From contig MGJB01000017.1 in NCBI GenBank assembly GCA_001794055.1, positions 21,339-85,338 on the forward strand: a DNA stretch of 64,000 nucleotides, given 5' to 3'. Below are positions 50,319 to 59,349 of the stretch, piece after piece. A program made the translations under genes and the position numbers. The notes below the pieces were generated by a model. It had not been told where the DNA came from. It did no database searches and saw only the letters and a list, made by a program, of their open reading frames with translations. This DNA is from Candidatus Yanofskybacteria bacterium RIFCSPHIGHO2_01_FULL_41_26. GTDB taxonomy: Bacteria > Patescibacteriota > Minisyncoccia > 2-02-FULL-40-12 > GWA2-44-9. Every line of letters starts with the position of its first letter. Position 1 is the stretch's first letter.

Positions 50319-50456
50319 TAAATACCAGATTTAATTACACACGCGCCCCGCAATGGGGCGCTATTTTATTTTTCGAAGGACCCAATTAACAATACTCCCC
50401 CCTACAAATAACTCTGTTGAAAAATATTAAAACTTCGGGTATACTCAATCCTAATC

Positions 50457-52280
50457 ATGATCAAACAATTCACAAAATATATTTCAATAGTTTTCTTAAT
50501 CCTGCTTAGCGCAGCTGGTTTAGTTATGGTTTTTCAGTCCCCTTTTGAAAAAGTTGACAGTGTTTCTGTCTCAGAAATAGTAACCAAAATAAATGCCGGC
50601 CAAGTTAAAGACATAACAGTCAAAGGAGATAATCTGGAAATCGTCCTAAAAGATGGTGACAAGAAATTAACATCTCAAAAAGAGTCGGGTATTTCAGCTT
50701 TTGAAACATTGCTGAACTTAGGAACAAATAAAGACAAGCTCTCAGCTTTTAATATTCAAGTTAAAGACGAAACTGGAACAGTGGGTATGATATTGTCTTC
50801 TGTTATTCCAGTCGTTTTACCATTTCTTTTGATAGTTTTAATTTTCTGGTACATGTTTAATAAGGCTCAAAAGGGATCGATGCAAGCCTTTTCTTTCGGC
50901 AAATCTAAGGCCCGTTTGGCCAACCAGAAAAACGGAAAAAAGCAGGTTACCTTCAAAGATGTTGCCGGACTAATTGAGGCCAAGGAAGAAATATCAGAAG
51001 TTGTAGAATTCTTGAAAGACCCGAAGAAATTTCACAAACTTGGAGCCAAAATACCAAGAGGTATTTTATTAGTTGGTTCTCCGGGAACAGGAAAAACACT
51101 TTTAGCTAAAGCAGTTGCCAGCGAAGCCCATGTTCCATTTTATTTCGTTTCCGGTTCAGAATTCGTCGAAATGTTCGTTGGTGTCGGCGCCAACAGGGTC
51201 AGGGACATGTTTGAGCTAGCAAAGAAAACTGCTCCGGCAATTGTATTTATCGATGAAATAGATGCCGTAGGCAGACACCGCGGAGCTGGTCTTGGAGGCG
51301 GACATGACGAAAGAGAACAAACCTTGAACCAAATTTTGGTTGAAATGGACGGTTTTGATACTGATGCCGCCGTAATTGTAATAGCCGCGACCAACCGACC
51401 TGATATTCTTGATCCGGCTCTTTTAAGACCCGGCCGTTTTGACAGACGGATAATTTTAGATGAACCCTCAATGAAAGATCGAGAAGATATTTTAAAAATC
51501 CATGCCTTGGGTAAACCCTTGGCAAAAATGGTAAACCTTAAACTTGTTGCCGAAAGAACTCCGGGATTATCGGGGGCAGATTTGGCAAATTTAATAAATG
51601 AAGCCGCCATTCTTGCCGCAAGAAATAACCAAAAAGAAATTACACAGGATAATCTTTTTGAGGCAATTGAAAAGGTAATCTTGGGACCAGAAAGACGCAG
51701 CCACATATTTTCCAAAAAAGAAAAAGAGATAACCGCCTACCACGAAGCTGGACATGCATTGGTGTCCTTCTCGCTCCCCTTCACAGATCCGATCCACAAG
51801 GTTTCAATCGTTTCACGCGGAAGAGCGGGAGGATACACGCTCAAATTACCAACCGAAGACAAACATCTTCGATCCCGCTCTGAATTTGAGTCAGAATTAG
51901 CTGTTTTACTCGGAGGATTTGCGGCTGAAAAAATGATATTCAAAGATACTACCACCGGCGCTTCAAATGACTTGAGGGTTGCGTCCGATCTTGCCCGTCG
52001 GATGATTACCCAATATGGAATGTCCGATGTCCTCGGCCCAATAACTTTCGGTGAAAAAGAAGAACTGGTTTTTTTGGGAAAAGAAATTTCAAGCAATAAA
52101 AACTACTCCGAAACAATTGCGTTTCAGATTGATGAGGAAATTAAAAAACTGATATCAAAAGGATTAGTTTCCGCCAAAAAAGTTCTTACTCAAAAGATGG
52201 CAGTCCTCCACAAAATCGCCAAAGAATTAATCAGCAAAGAAACTCTGGAACAAAAAGATTTTTACACGTTGGTGAGGTAA
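50457..52280 (+). CDS. ftsH: ATP-dependent zinc metalloprotease FtsH
   Basis: Two [27 protein letters not shown]. Confidence 0.97.
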   Translation: MIKQFTKYISIVFLILLSAAGLVMVFQSPFEKVDSVSVSEIVTKINAGQVKDITVKGDNLEIVLKDGDKKLTSQKESGISAFETLLNLGTNKDKLSAFNIQVKDETGTVGMILSSVIPVVLPFLLIVLIFWYMFNKAQKGSMQAFSFGKSKARLANQKNGKKQVTFKDVAGLIEAKEEISEVVEFLKDPKKFHKLGAKIPRGILLVGSPGTGKTLLAKAVASEAHVPFYFVSGSEFVEMFVGVGANRVRDMFELAKKTAPAIVFIDEIDAVGRHRGAGLGGGHDEREQTLNQILVEMDGFDTDAAVIVIAATNRPDILDPALLRPGRFDRRIILDEPSMKDREDILKIHALGKPLAKMVNLKLVAERTPGLSGADLANLINEAAILAARNNQKEITQDNLFEAIEKVILGPERRSHIFSKKEKEITAYHEAGHALVSFSLPFTDPIHKVSIVSRGRAGGYTLKLPTEDKHLRSRSEFESELAVLLGGFAAEKMIFKDTTTGASNDLRVASDLARRMITQYGMSDVLGPITFGEKEELVFLGKEISSNKNYSETIAFQIDEEIKKLISKGLVSAKKVLTQKMAVLHKIAKELISKETLEQKDFYTLVR

Positions 52281-52572
52281 GGCCAGCTCAACCCCGCCCA
52301 TTTTAGGCCTATTGGATTGCGGCCTCCGGCCTTCTTCGGACAAATGCTTAAATTAATCTCAATTTGCTTAACAAATTTTAGCGTCCGTTCCTCTCTTCGG
52401 GATTTTCCGGCTAAAATTTGTTTATTAAGCAAATTATTAGTTAATTTAAGCATTGTGTTGCCCTCGAAACCAAACGGTCTGAAAATAGGCGGGGTTGTCG
52501 CCCCACAAGAGACAGGAGTCAAACTCTGGAATAAAATTCTTAAAAAGCGTAAGATAATACTTAGTTTTCTTT

Positions 52573-52647
52573 GGGCGTGTAGCTCAGTGGTAGAGCACGG
52601 TACTTATAATACCGGGGTCGGAGGCTCGATCCCTCCCACGCCCACCA
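52573..52647 (+). tRNA. tRNA-Ile(TAT)
   Basis: Cloverleaf; anticodon arm CGGTA-CTTATAA-TACCG; discriminator A. Confidence 0.9.
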
Positions 52648-54130
52648 TAATAAAACTAGACGACTTTTTTGAAGTCAATTGATGGGCGGCACGAAGTGCC
52701 GCCCATTGATTTTCCCCTGACAAATCCTCTCCGCTCGGCGCGCGCAGCCGCGCCTCGCGGTTGGCCAAAACGAGGTTCGAGCCGAAAAGTTTTTCGGCAG
52801 CAACCTTTTTCTCAAAAAGGTTGCTCTCTTGTGCGATTTTAGGCAGAGATTCTGCCTCTTTTATCCATTCCGACATCGGTTCGAGCCAGCCAGTCCGCTT
52901 TTGTTCAAAGTTGATGATTTGCTCCTCCAGCGACTTTTTCTCGCTCATAAAGTTTCGTTTCTTTTCGAGATAAGTTTCTCGTTCAATGTCCTGTTCCAAA
53001 TAGCCATCTAAAAGTCGCTGGAGTTTAACAGTGATAATTTTTACTTTAGTTTCCGATTCTTGAACAAAAGCGGTTGCGGATTGGGCGGATTCCTTTTTGT
53101 CTTTTTCAAGTATTTTATTCATCTGTTCCGCCCAATCCGGTCTCAAAGAAAATTTTTGAAGCAGAGAGGATAACTGCCGATCCAGTTCTTCCTCGCGGAC
53201 ATAAGGTTGGCTACACTGTATGTTTTTCTTGGTGCAACGATAGTAAGTATGACCTTTTTGGATTTCGGCAGTTATCATTCTTCCGCATTCTTCACAACGC
53301 AATAAATTAGTGAAGGGTTTAGCGATTTTAGGATTACCCTTTGGTTTTCCTCTCTGCTTCATTACCTCTCGGACTTTATCAAAAATTTTCTTTGAGACTA
53401 CTGGCTGGTGCTTGCCTTCATACACCTCACCCGCATAACGAAAATGTCCATAGTAAAATGGATTGGAGAGGATAAAAGAAATTCTGTCTCGGTGAAGTTT
53501 CTTGCCGCCAGAGGAGAGAATACCATGTTGCGCCAAAAAGTTTACAATATCTTCCAAACGAGAGCTGTTTTGTCCATATAGCTCAAAGGCCTTGCGAATA
53601 ATAACTGATTTCTTTTTGTCCACAACGATTGATTTAGTACGAACATCGTTTAGATAACCAACTGGCGCAAGGCCGGGATATTCTCCTCGTCTGACTTTTT
53701 GGCGCAACCCTCGTTTGGTATTCTCACTCAAATTGTCCACATAGTATTTGCTTTGCCCAAAAGCGATATTGAGCATGAACTTACCTTGGGCGGTATTTTC
53801 ATACCAAAACTGTGGAAACTTCAGGCCCGCAAGTCCACCTGTGTCCAAAAGATAAATAATCTTTCCACCATCAACAGAATTGCGCGCCAGTCTGTCAGGA
53901 TGCCAAGCCAAAATTCCGTTTGCTTCACCGCGCTCGATGCGAGCAAACATTTCGTTAAAAATCGGTCTGCCAGGAATTTTGGCCGACTGCTTTTCCACCA
54001 ACTCCTCCACTATCTCCAAATTTTCACGCTTGGCAAACTCGCGCAATTCTGTGAGTTGCGCTTCAATCGAGAGGACTTGCTTATCCTCAACATCTGTGGA
54101 TTTGCGGGCATACAAAAAGAATTTTTGCAT
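52604..54130 (-). CDS. Large serine recombinase (resolvase + recombinase + Zn-ribbon + coiled coil)
   Basis: YARKST catalytic Ser, DRLARN, APVGY, ILSNPFYYG, H.P.VS, CEECG...YYRC; last codons read antisense into the tRNA. Confidence 0.95.
   Translation of the reverse strand: MQKFFLYARKSTDVEDKQVLSIEAQLTELREFAKRENLEIVEELVEKQSAKIPGRPIFNEMFARIERGEANGILAWHPDRLARNSVDGGKIIYLLDTGGLAGLKFPQFWYENTAQGKFMLNIAFGQSKYYVDNLSENTKRGLRQKVRRGEYPGLAPVGYLNDVRTKSIVVDKKKSVIIRKAFELYGQNSSRLEDIVNFLAQHGILSSGGKKLHRDRISFILSNPFYYGHFRYAGEVYEGKHQPVVSKKIFDKVREVMKQRGKPKGNPKIAKPFTNLLRCEECGRMITAEIQKGHTYYRCTKKNIQCSQPYVREEELDRQLSSLLQKFSLRPDWAEQMNKILEKDKKESAQSATAFVQESETKVKIITVKLQRLLDGYLEQDIERETYLEKKRNFMSEKKSLEEQIINFEQKRTGWLEPMSEWIKEAESLPKIAQESNLFEKKVAAEKLFGSNLVLANREARLRAPSGEDLSGENQWAALRAAHQLTSKKSSSFIMVGVGGIEPPTPVL
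52643..52779 (+). repeat. Left arm X (137 bp), inverted copy at 54335-54471
   Basis: Direct comparison; 3 mismatches seen. Confidence 0.9.
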
Positions 54131-54334
54131 AAAATTATTGGTTAAAACTTAAATAGCCGCCCTTGGTGCGACAAACCCAATTGCTCGGATTTATTTCCAA
54201 AGACGGCTATTAAAAAAGCAATTGGCCCGTTTGTCGCAAATTCAGTATACCATTTCCAAAAAGAAAGCAAAAATTCTTTTTGTATATTTTGGGCAAAACA
54301 ATTCACCGAGACAGAATTTAAAATCGCACAAGAG

Positions 54335-54648
54335 CGAACCTCGTTTTGGCCAACCGCGAGGCGCGCCTGCGCGCGCCGAGCGGAGAGGATTTGTCAGGGG
54401 AAAATCAATGGGCGGCACTTCGTGCCGCCCATTGATTGACTTCAAAAAAGTCGTCTAGTTTTATTATGGTGTGGCTTTACAACCAAGCTCGAAGTTATTT
54501 TAGCAGAAATTTGTAAAAACGGATAGAGTGCCGCGCTACGCGCGGCCTAACGCTTCTGAAATGCGCTCGGACGGGGCGGGAAGAAAAAGGGGTGTAGGGA
54601 AAATGAATTCCCGCCCTGTCCTCGCTATTTTCGCCGCCGCCAATTTCG
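54335..54648 (+). repeat. Internal inverted attP copy (X-reverse-complement joined to Y through GTG)
   Basis: 54335-54471 = rc(52643-52779); 54469-54648 = rc(56162-56341). Confidence 0.9.
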
Positions 54649-54772
54649 TATTTCGCAAAGCGAAATACGCCGCAAGAAACAATTTTGGTATTGCCCTTGC
54701 CCCTCCCGCCCATGCGCGGGCAATATCTTTTGAGCTCCCAATTAAGTTAAAAATCTGATAAAATAAAAACAT

Positions 54773-55681
54773 ATGGCAAATTTTTATCAGCATAAAAACT
54801 ATAGTTTCCAAGATTTTGACCTCTTGGTTGATGATGGGGTTATTTATGCTTGTTATATCAAAAAGGCACCTCGCCTAATAGGCGAACATGACTCCCGCCA
54901 GCCCAATATTTATGCAATGGCAAAAAGCAAGGATAGTGTGAATTGGGAAGAAGTCGGAGATATTATTTTGCCCGTTCCAAATTCTTGGGAAGAAAGTATT
55001 TGGGCTGGCGGGATTTCCAAACAAAATGACAAATACGTTATTTACTACACCGGCACAACCATGAAAGGACGCAACGATTTTTGCAAAATAGGCAAAGCAT
55101 ATTCTGAAGACCTCGCTCATTGGGAAAAAGATTTAGAAAATCCAGTTTTTATTTTTGATTCACAAAGTCCTTACTACTCTGATGAGAAAAAATTGGCCTT
55201 TCGCGACCCTTTCTTTTTTGAACACGAGGGTAGAAAGTATATCCTTTTCTGTGCAAAAGATAAAAAACAACCAGCAGGAAAACAAGGATGTATCGGTGTA
55301 GCTGAAGAAACAGAACAAAATAAATTTTGTTGGATGCCGCCAATTTTTTCTCCCGGAATATATTTTGATGGATTAGAATGTCCTGCACTCTATAAAATCA
55401 AGGATAAATGGTATCTACTTTATGGGATTGACATGGAGAATGACGAAAAGGCATTCCGATATGCTGTAGCAGACTCCCCATTCGGGCCATATAAAACTTT
55501 TAAGGATAATCAGCTCTTATCAAGCAATAACTATACTTGCCGAATTATAAATTTTGGAGGTAAAAATTTGCTTTATCATTGGTTTAGAGATAATCAGAAT
55601 GGCAAGACGCGTGAGCGTCTTGCGCCTCCGAAAGGGGTGCACATTTTAGAAGACGGCAGAATTTCACTTTCGGAAATATAA
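54773..55681 (+). CDS. GH32/GH43-like five-bladed beta-propeller glycoside hydrolase (cargo)
   Basis: S.D.VNW, IWAG, S.DL.HW.K, FRDP, LECP. Confidence 0.85.
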   Translation: MANFYQHKNYSFQDFDLLVDDGVIYACYIKKAPRLIGEHDSRQPNIYAMAKSKDSVNWEEVGDIILPVPNSWEESIWAGGISKQNDKYVIYYTGTTMKGRNDFCKIGKAYSEDLAHWEKDLENPVFIFDSQSPYYSDEKKLAFRDPFFFEHEGRKYILFCAKDKKQPAGKQGCIGVAEETEQNKFCWMPPIFSPGIYFDGLECPALYKIKDKWYLLYGIDMENDEKAFRYAVADSPFGPYKTFKDNQLLSSNNYTCRIINFGGKNLLYHWFRDNQNGKTRERLAPPKGVHILEDGRISLSEI

Positions 55682-55690
55682 ACGCAAGAT

Positions 55691-56122
55691 ATGTTAATGG
55701 TTAAAACAAAAATTGGGTCGAGCAAAATTCATGGCGTAGGTGTATTCGCTGATGAGTTTATTCCGAAAGGGACAGTGATTTGGAAATTTACGCCTGGATT
55801 TGACATTTTGAGTTTTCCTGATCTTTTACAAATCTACATCTACAAATATTCGTGGAAAAGCAAGAAGAGCAAGCTATATTGTTTTTCTTCCGACAATGGG
55901 AAGTATTTTAATCACTCAAAAAATTCAAATACCATTTCGGAACACAGAGATGGTGAAGAAGAAGTTACCACAACAGCAGTTAAGGATATTCAAATCGGTG
56001 AGGAACTAACTGATAATTATTCATCATTTGAGGCAGACAGTGATGACAAAAACGTCTTAGAGGAAATTGCCAAAAAATATGCTCTTGTTGATGAGTTAGA
56101 TCCTCGTCTAAAGAAACATTGA
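55691..56122 (+). CDS. SET-domain protein (cargo)
   Basis: IHGVGVFA..FIPKG, YFNHS, DIQIGEELTDNY. Confidence 0.9.
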   Translation: MLMVKTKIGSSKIHGVGVFADEFIPKGTVIWKFTPGFDILSFPDLLQIYIYKYSWKSKKSKLYCFSSDNGKYFNHSKNSNTISEHRDGEEEVTTTAVKDIQIGEELTDNYSSFEADSDDKNVLEEIAKKYALVDELDPRLKKH

Positions 56123-56161
56123 AATAAAATTTTTCTTTGCGGCGTGCCAGTTTTACCGGCG

Positions 56162-56341
56162 CGAAATTGGCGGCGGCGAAAATAGCGAGGACAGGGCGGG
56201 AATTCATTTTCCCTACACCCCTTTTTCTTCCCGCCCCGTCCGAGCGCATTTCAGAAGCGTTAGGCCGCGCGTAGCGCGGCACTCTATCCGTTTTTACAAA
56301 TTTCTGCTAAAATAACTTCGAGCTTGGTTGTAAAGCCACAC
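56162..56341 (+). repeat. Right arm (180 bp), inverted copy of 54469-54648
   Basis: Direct comparison, no mismatch seen; the ORF track shows the same 40-aa translation on opposite strands. Confidence 0.92.
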
Positions 56342-56353
56342 AAGATTTATCAT

Positions 56354-56430
56354 GCGCGCTTAGCTCAGTTGGTTAGAGCGACTCGTTTACACCGAGTAGG
56401 TCGTGGGTTCGAATCCTACAGCGCGCACCA
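56354..56430 (+). tRNA. tRNA-Val(TAC)
   Basis: Cloverleaf; loop TTTACAC; CCA. Confidence 0.95.
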
Positions 56431-56436
56431 GAAACA

Positions 56437-57087
56437 ATGGTGGAGAAAATAAAAAAACCGGAGCCGTTACAAACCGAGGTTGAGAGTGGAGATTTTATGT
56501 CTCCTGAAAAAGTTGCGAGCAGAGGACCAGAACACATGAAGTCTCTGCTCAAAGCAAAAGAGATGCTACTCAACGGGGAGGCGGTGGTAGAGGTTAGAAA
56601 AACAGAGAATGGCAGATACAAATCACTGTCTATTTTTAGAATAGACCCGAACACAAAAGAGAAAAAAGAACGGTTGGTATATTTTGATAATATGCGCGAA
56701 GAAATTGGTCCATTTGAACAACAACTCTGGAAAATGGGAATAGAACCGATTCATATAACGGAACCGGGTACAGAAACAATGGGGCTTAAACAAAAATTCA
56801 CTGATTTCGCACAAGATATCAAGCAATCGAAATTTTCCCGAGAGGAGACCGTCAAAAAATGGGGTACCGAACATGAGGAAATGCTGGCAGCTTTGTTTGA
56901 TTTGTTGAAAAAAGACGCAGTTAGATTAAGAGTGAAGCACAATAAAAACAAAAATACATGGAATGCAGAAATTTATTTTATAGGCACCAATGGGGTTTGG
57001 TATTATACTGATTTTCCCAATGAAATAAAAATTTTAGTTGAAACCATTTCGGATAACGGATACGAACCAGAGTACATCGAAGAGTAG
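56437..57087 (+). CDS. Hypothetical protein
   Basis: 216-aa ORF starting 6 nt after the tRNA-Val CCA. Confidence 0.7.
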   Translation: MVEKIKKPEPLQTEVESGDFMSPEKVASRGPEHMKSLLKAKEMLLNGEAVVEVRKTENGRYKSLSIFRIDPNTKEKKERLVYFDNMREEIGPFEQQLWKMGIEPIHITEPGTETMGLKQKFTDFAQDIKQSKFSREETVKKWGTEHEEMLAALFDLLKKDAVRLRVKHNKNKNTWNAEIYFIGTNGVWYYTDFPNEIKILVETISDNGYEPEYIEE

Positions 57088-57131
57088 CACCAATATCAAA
57101 AAGGCCTAGAATGCCTTTTTGATATTGGTGC
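57087..57131. terminator. Bidirectional hairpin overlapping the tRNA-Phe 3' end
   Basis: GCACCAATATCAAAAAGGC-N7-GCCTTTTTGATATTGGTGC. Confidence 0.75.
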
Positions 57132-57200
57132 CGCGGGGGTGAATCGAACACCCAACGCCATCCTCTTCAGGGATGCGCTCTACCATTGAGCTACCGCGGC
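57126..57200 (-). tRNA. tRNA-Phe(GAA)
   Basis: Cloverleaf; loop CTGAAGA; CCA. Confidence 0.93.
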
Positions 57201-57356
57201 AATTTACTTACTCAAAAATTATAGCATTTACAAGCCAATCTTTCAATCTAAATGACGATTATTTTTACGTTATCAACATAATTACCCACAAAAACCGAAC
57301 CCCTGTGATATAATAAAGCTATTACCTGTTACGTGGTACTACTTTGTTATCAACAC

Positions 57357-58046
57357 ATGCGAAAAGATCAAGAAAAAGCGTTTGGGTTGCGTCGTCAAAA
57401 GCAAAGCTATAAAACCATCAGCAAAGAGCTTGGCATTCCTAAAAGCACTCTTGCTGGCTGGTTTAAAAATGAGTTGTGGTCACAAGATATTAGAGATGAG
57501 TTGGGTCGAACCGCATCACTAGCTTTTCCTGAAAAATTAAACCGCATCGTTGCGGCTAATAAAAAACGGTGGGCCGATTGGCATCAACAAGCTCGAGATG
57601 AGGCTGTGGTAGAATTTCCGAAACTTAAAGACGACTCCCTATTTTTAGCGGGACTCATGCTCTATTGGGGAGAGGGTAACAAAACACCAACAAGTCCTCA
57701 AGTAAAATTAGCCAACAGCGACCCCGCCATGATTCGCCTTTTTTGTCTCTTCTTGAAAAAAACTCTCTTGGTGCCAGATGAAAAAATAAAGATTTGGCTA
57801 CTTCTTTATCCTGATCTTATTGATTCTGTTCAGAAAAATTTCTGGAGCAAAGCCACAGGCATACCTCTTACGCAATTTAACAAGTCTATTTACATTAAAG
57901 GAAGACGCTCGACAAGAAGACTATCATATGGAGTATGTAATGTAACAGTTTCAAGCCGACAATTAAAAGAAAAAATCGTTAAATGGATCGAGCTTTTTCA
58001 GTTAAACTTACAAGAATCCGCTTTCTTGAAAAAAACTTTAAAATAA
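57357..58046 (+). CDS. HTH + degenerate LAGLIDADG-like protein
   Basis: SYKTISKELGIPKSTL..W HTH; LAGLMLYWGEG, NSDP.MI..F, FWS..TGIP. Confidence 0.75.
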   Translation: MRKDQEKAFGLRRQKQSYKTISKELGIPKSTLAGWFKNELWSQDIRDELGRTASLAFPEKLNRIVAANKKRWADWHQQARDEAVVEFPKLKDDSLFLAGLMLYWGEGNKTPTSPQVKLANSDPAMIRLFCLFLKKTLLVPDEKIKIWLLLYPDLIDSVQKNFWSKATGIPLTQFNKSIYIKGRRSTRRLSYGVCNVTVSSRQLKEKIVKWIELFQLNLQESAFLKKTLK

Positions 58047-58072
58047 GCTATAGTATAGATTAGATTTGACAC

Positions 58073-58146
58073 GCGGGTATAATATAGCAGTAGTATATTT
58101 CCTTGCCAAGGAAAAAGCACGGGTGCAAATCCCGTTACCCGCTCCA
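58073..58146 (+). tRNA. tRNA-Gly(GCC)
   Basis: Cloverleaf; TTTCC-TTGCCAA-GGAAA; TCCA end. Confidence 0.9.
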
Positions 58147-58614
58147 ATGTGGAAATTACTGTCAAAGATTACTGGAAAAAACATAATTCGCAACAAAATC
58201 GAACACAGTGAAGCCGGACTGTATTTTTATCTTGTCTTTCCTATCGCTTTTGCGTTTCTTTTAACCTTTGTTGGCGCCAGAATTTTTAGTCTTTTAGCTC
58301 CCAATTTTTATTTATTAGACATCGCTTTGAACCGCGTCCATCATTATGTCTATGGTTTTTTTGTTTTGGCTGTTTCCGGGTACCTTGCTCTAATTTTTAA
58401 CGGCCCCCGAGCAAAATACCTGATATCGCTTCTTCATGGTTTTGGTTTGGGCTTGGCTTTTGATGAATTCGCCTTTTGGCTTAAATTAACTGACACCGAC
58501 CCGGCCCGTTGGAGCTATGACGGCTTTCTTATAATTATGGGGCTGTTTTTTTTCATTATTTCAGCCAAAAAGGGATTCAGAATGCTCAAGGTTTTGTGGC
58601 CTTTTGGGGGTTGA
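58147..58614 (+). CDS. Integral membrane protein
   Basis: RVHHYVYG, G.GLGLAFDEF; ATG immediately after the tRNA. Confidence 0.75.
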   Translation: MWKLLSKITGKNIIRNKIEHSEAGLYFYLVFPIAFAFLLTFVGARIFSLLAPNFYLLDIALNRVHHYVYGFFVLAVSGYLALIFNGPRAKYLISLLHGFGLGLAFDEFAFWLKLTDTDPARWSYDGFLIIMGLFFFIISAKKGFRMLKVLWPFGG

Positions 58615-58733
58615 CTTTTTGACCCCGATTTGCTATACTTATAGCATAACCTGAATATCGTAGTAGATGGCTTGATAGGCCGTTTTTTTGTGCCTAAAAG
58701 ACCATTTCTATCTCATTTTTTCAGGTCAAAAAA

Positions 58734-59288
58734 ATGATTAAAAAACTTACAATTTCAGCAATAATTTTGACGGTTTTTATTACAGTCCCAACTTCGGCAA
58801 ATGCAGCCTTCTTCGACTGGGCTGATCCTGGCAGTGATAATGCCCATCCCTTTATCGATGGTGGGTCCGAATGGTCAATAAGTAATTTGGCTAAATTCGA
58901 ATTAATCAAAAAAAGGGTACCCGATGAAGCAACGGAACCAGTCGCAAGTCCTACTCCAATACCCAAAACCAAAACAATCAGAACCAATTCTATTGCAACA
59001 CATACAATAATGGCCAGTGCGTATTCCTCAACCCCAGATCAAACAGACAGCACTCCTTTCATTACCGCTTGGAATACTCGGGTTAGAGACGGCATTATCG
59101 CTGCAAACTTTTTGCCTTTTGGTACTCAGATAAAAATACCGGAATTATACGGCGATAAAATATTCGTTGTTGAGGACAGAATGAATCGAAGATATACTTA
59201 TAAAATTGACATCTGGTTCCCGGAACGAGAACAAGCATTAGAATTCGGAAATAAAAAAGTAAAAATAGAGGTTGTTGCCAGACTGTAA
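58734..59288 (+). CDS. 3D-domain protein
   Basis: SAYSS...TD.TPFITA, IAAN.LPFGT, VEDR, IDIWF. Confidence 0.88.
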   Translation: MIKKLTISAIILTVFITVPTSANAAFFDWADPGSDNAHPFIDGGSEWSISNLAKFELIKKRVPDEATEPVASPTPIPKTKTIRTNSIATHTIMASAYSSTPDQTDSTPFITAWNTRVRDGIIAANFLPFGTQIKIPELYGDKIFVVEDRMNRRYTYKIDIWFPEREQALEFGNKKVKIEVVARL

Positions 59289-59292
59289 CTTC

Positions 59293-59330
59293 CCAAATCA
59301 AAAACACCCGTAGGGGTGTTTTTGATTTGG
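59293..59330. terminator. Bidirectional terminator
   Basis: CCAAATCAAAAACACCC...GGGTGTTTTTGATTTGG between convergent genes. Confidence 0.7.
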
Positions 59331-59349
59331 TGTACCCGGTTGAAGAAAG

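Larger units (their letters stand above)
52646..56341. mobile_element. tRNA-Ile-targeting serine-recombinase integrative element (about 3.7 kb)
   Basis: CAC core at 52643-45 and 56339-41; fusing the two ends reproduces the internal sequence 54335-54648 (inverted). Confidence 0.85.

Noticed and set aside
52643-54471. Diversity-generating retroelement (TR/VR pair)
   Set aside because: The repeats are inverted, the mismatches are not adenine-specific, and there is no reverse transcriptase in the window.
54222-54811. ORFs 54222-54458, 54242-54445, 54495-54713, 54528-54758, 54536-54811 and 55980-56282
   Set aside because: They are translations of the inverted repeats. The recombinase-tail frame in the copy contains a TGA and has no evident start.
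58066-58146. N-terminal extension of ORF 58066-58614
   Set aside because: This segment is tRNA-Gly; the likely start is ATG 58147.
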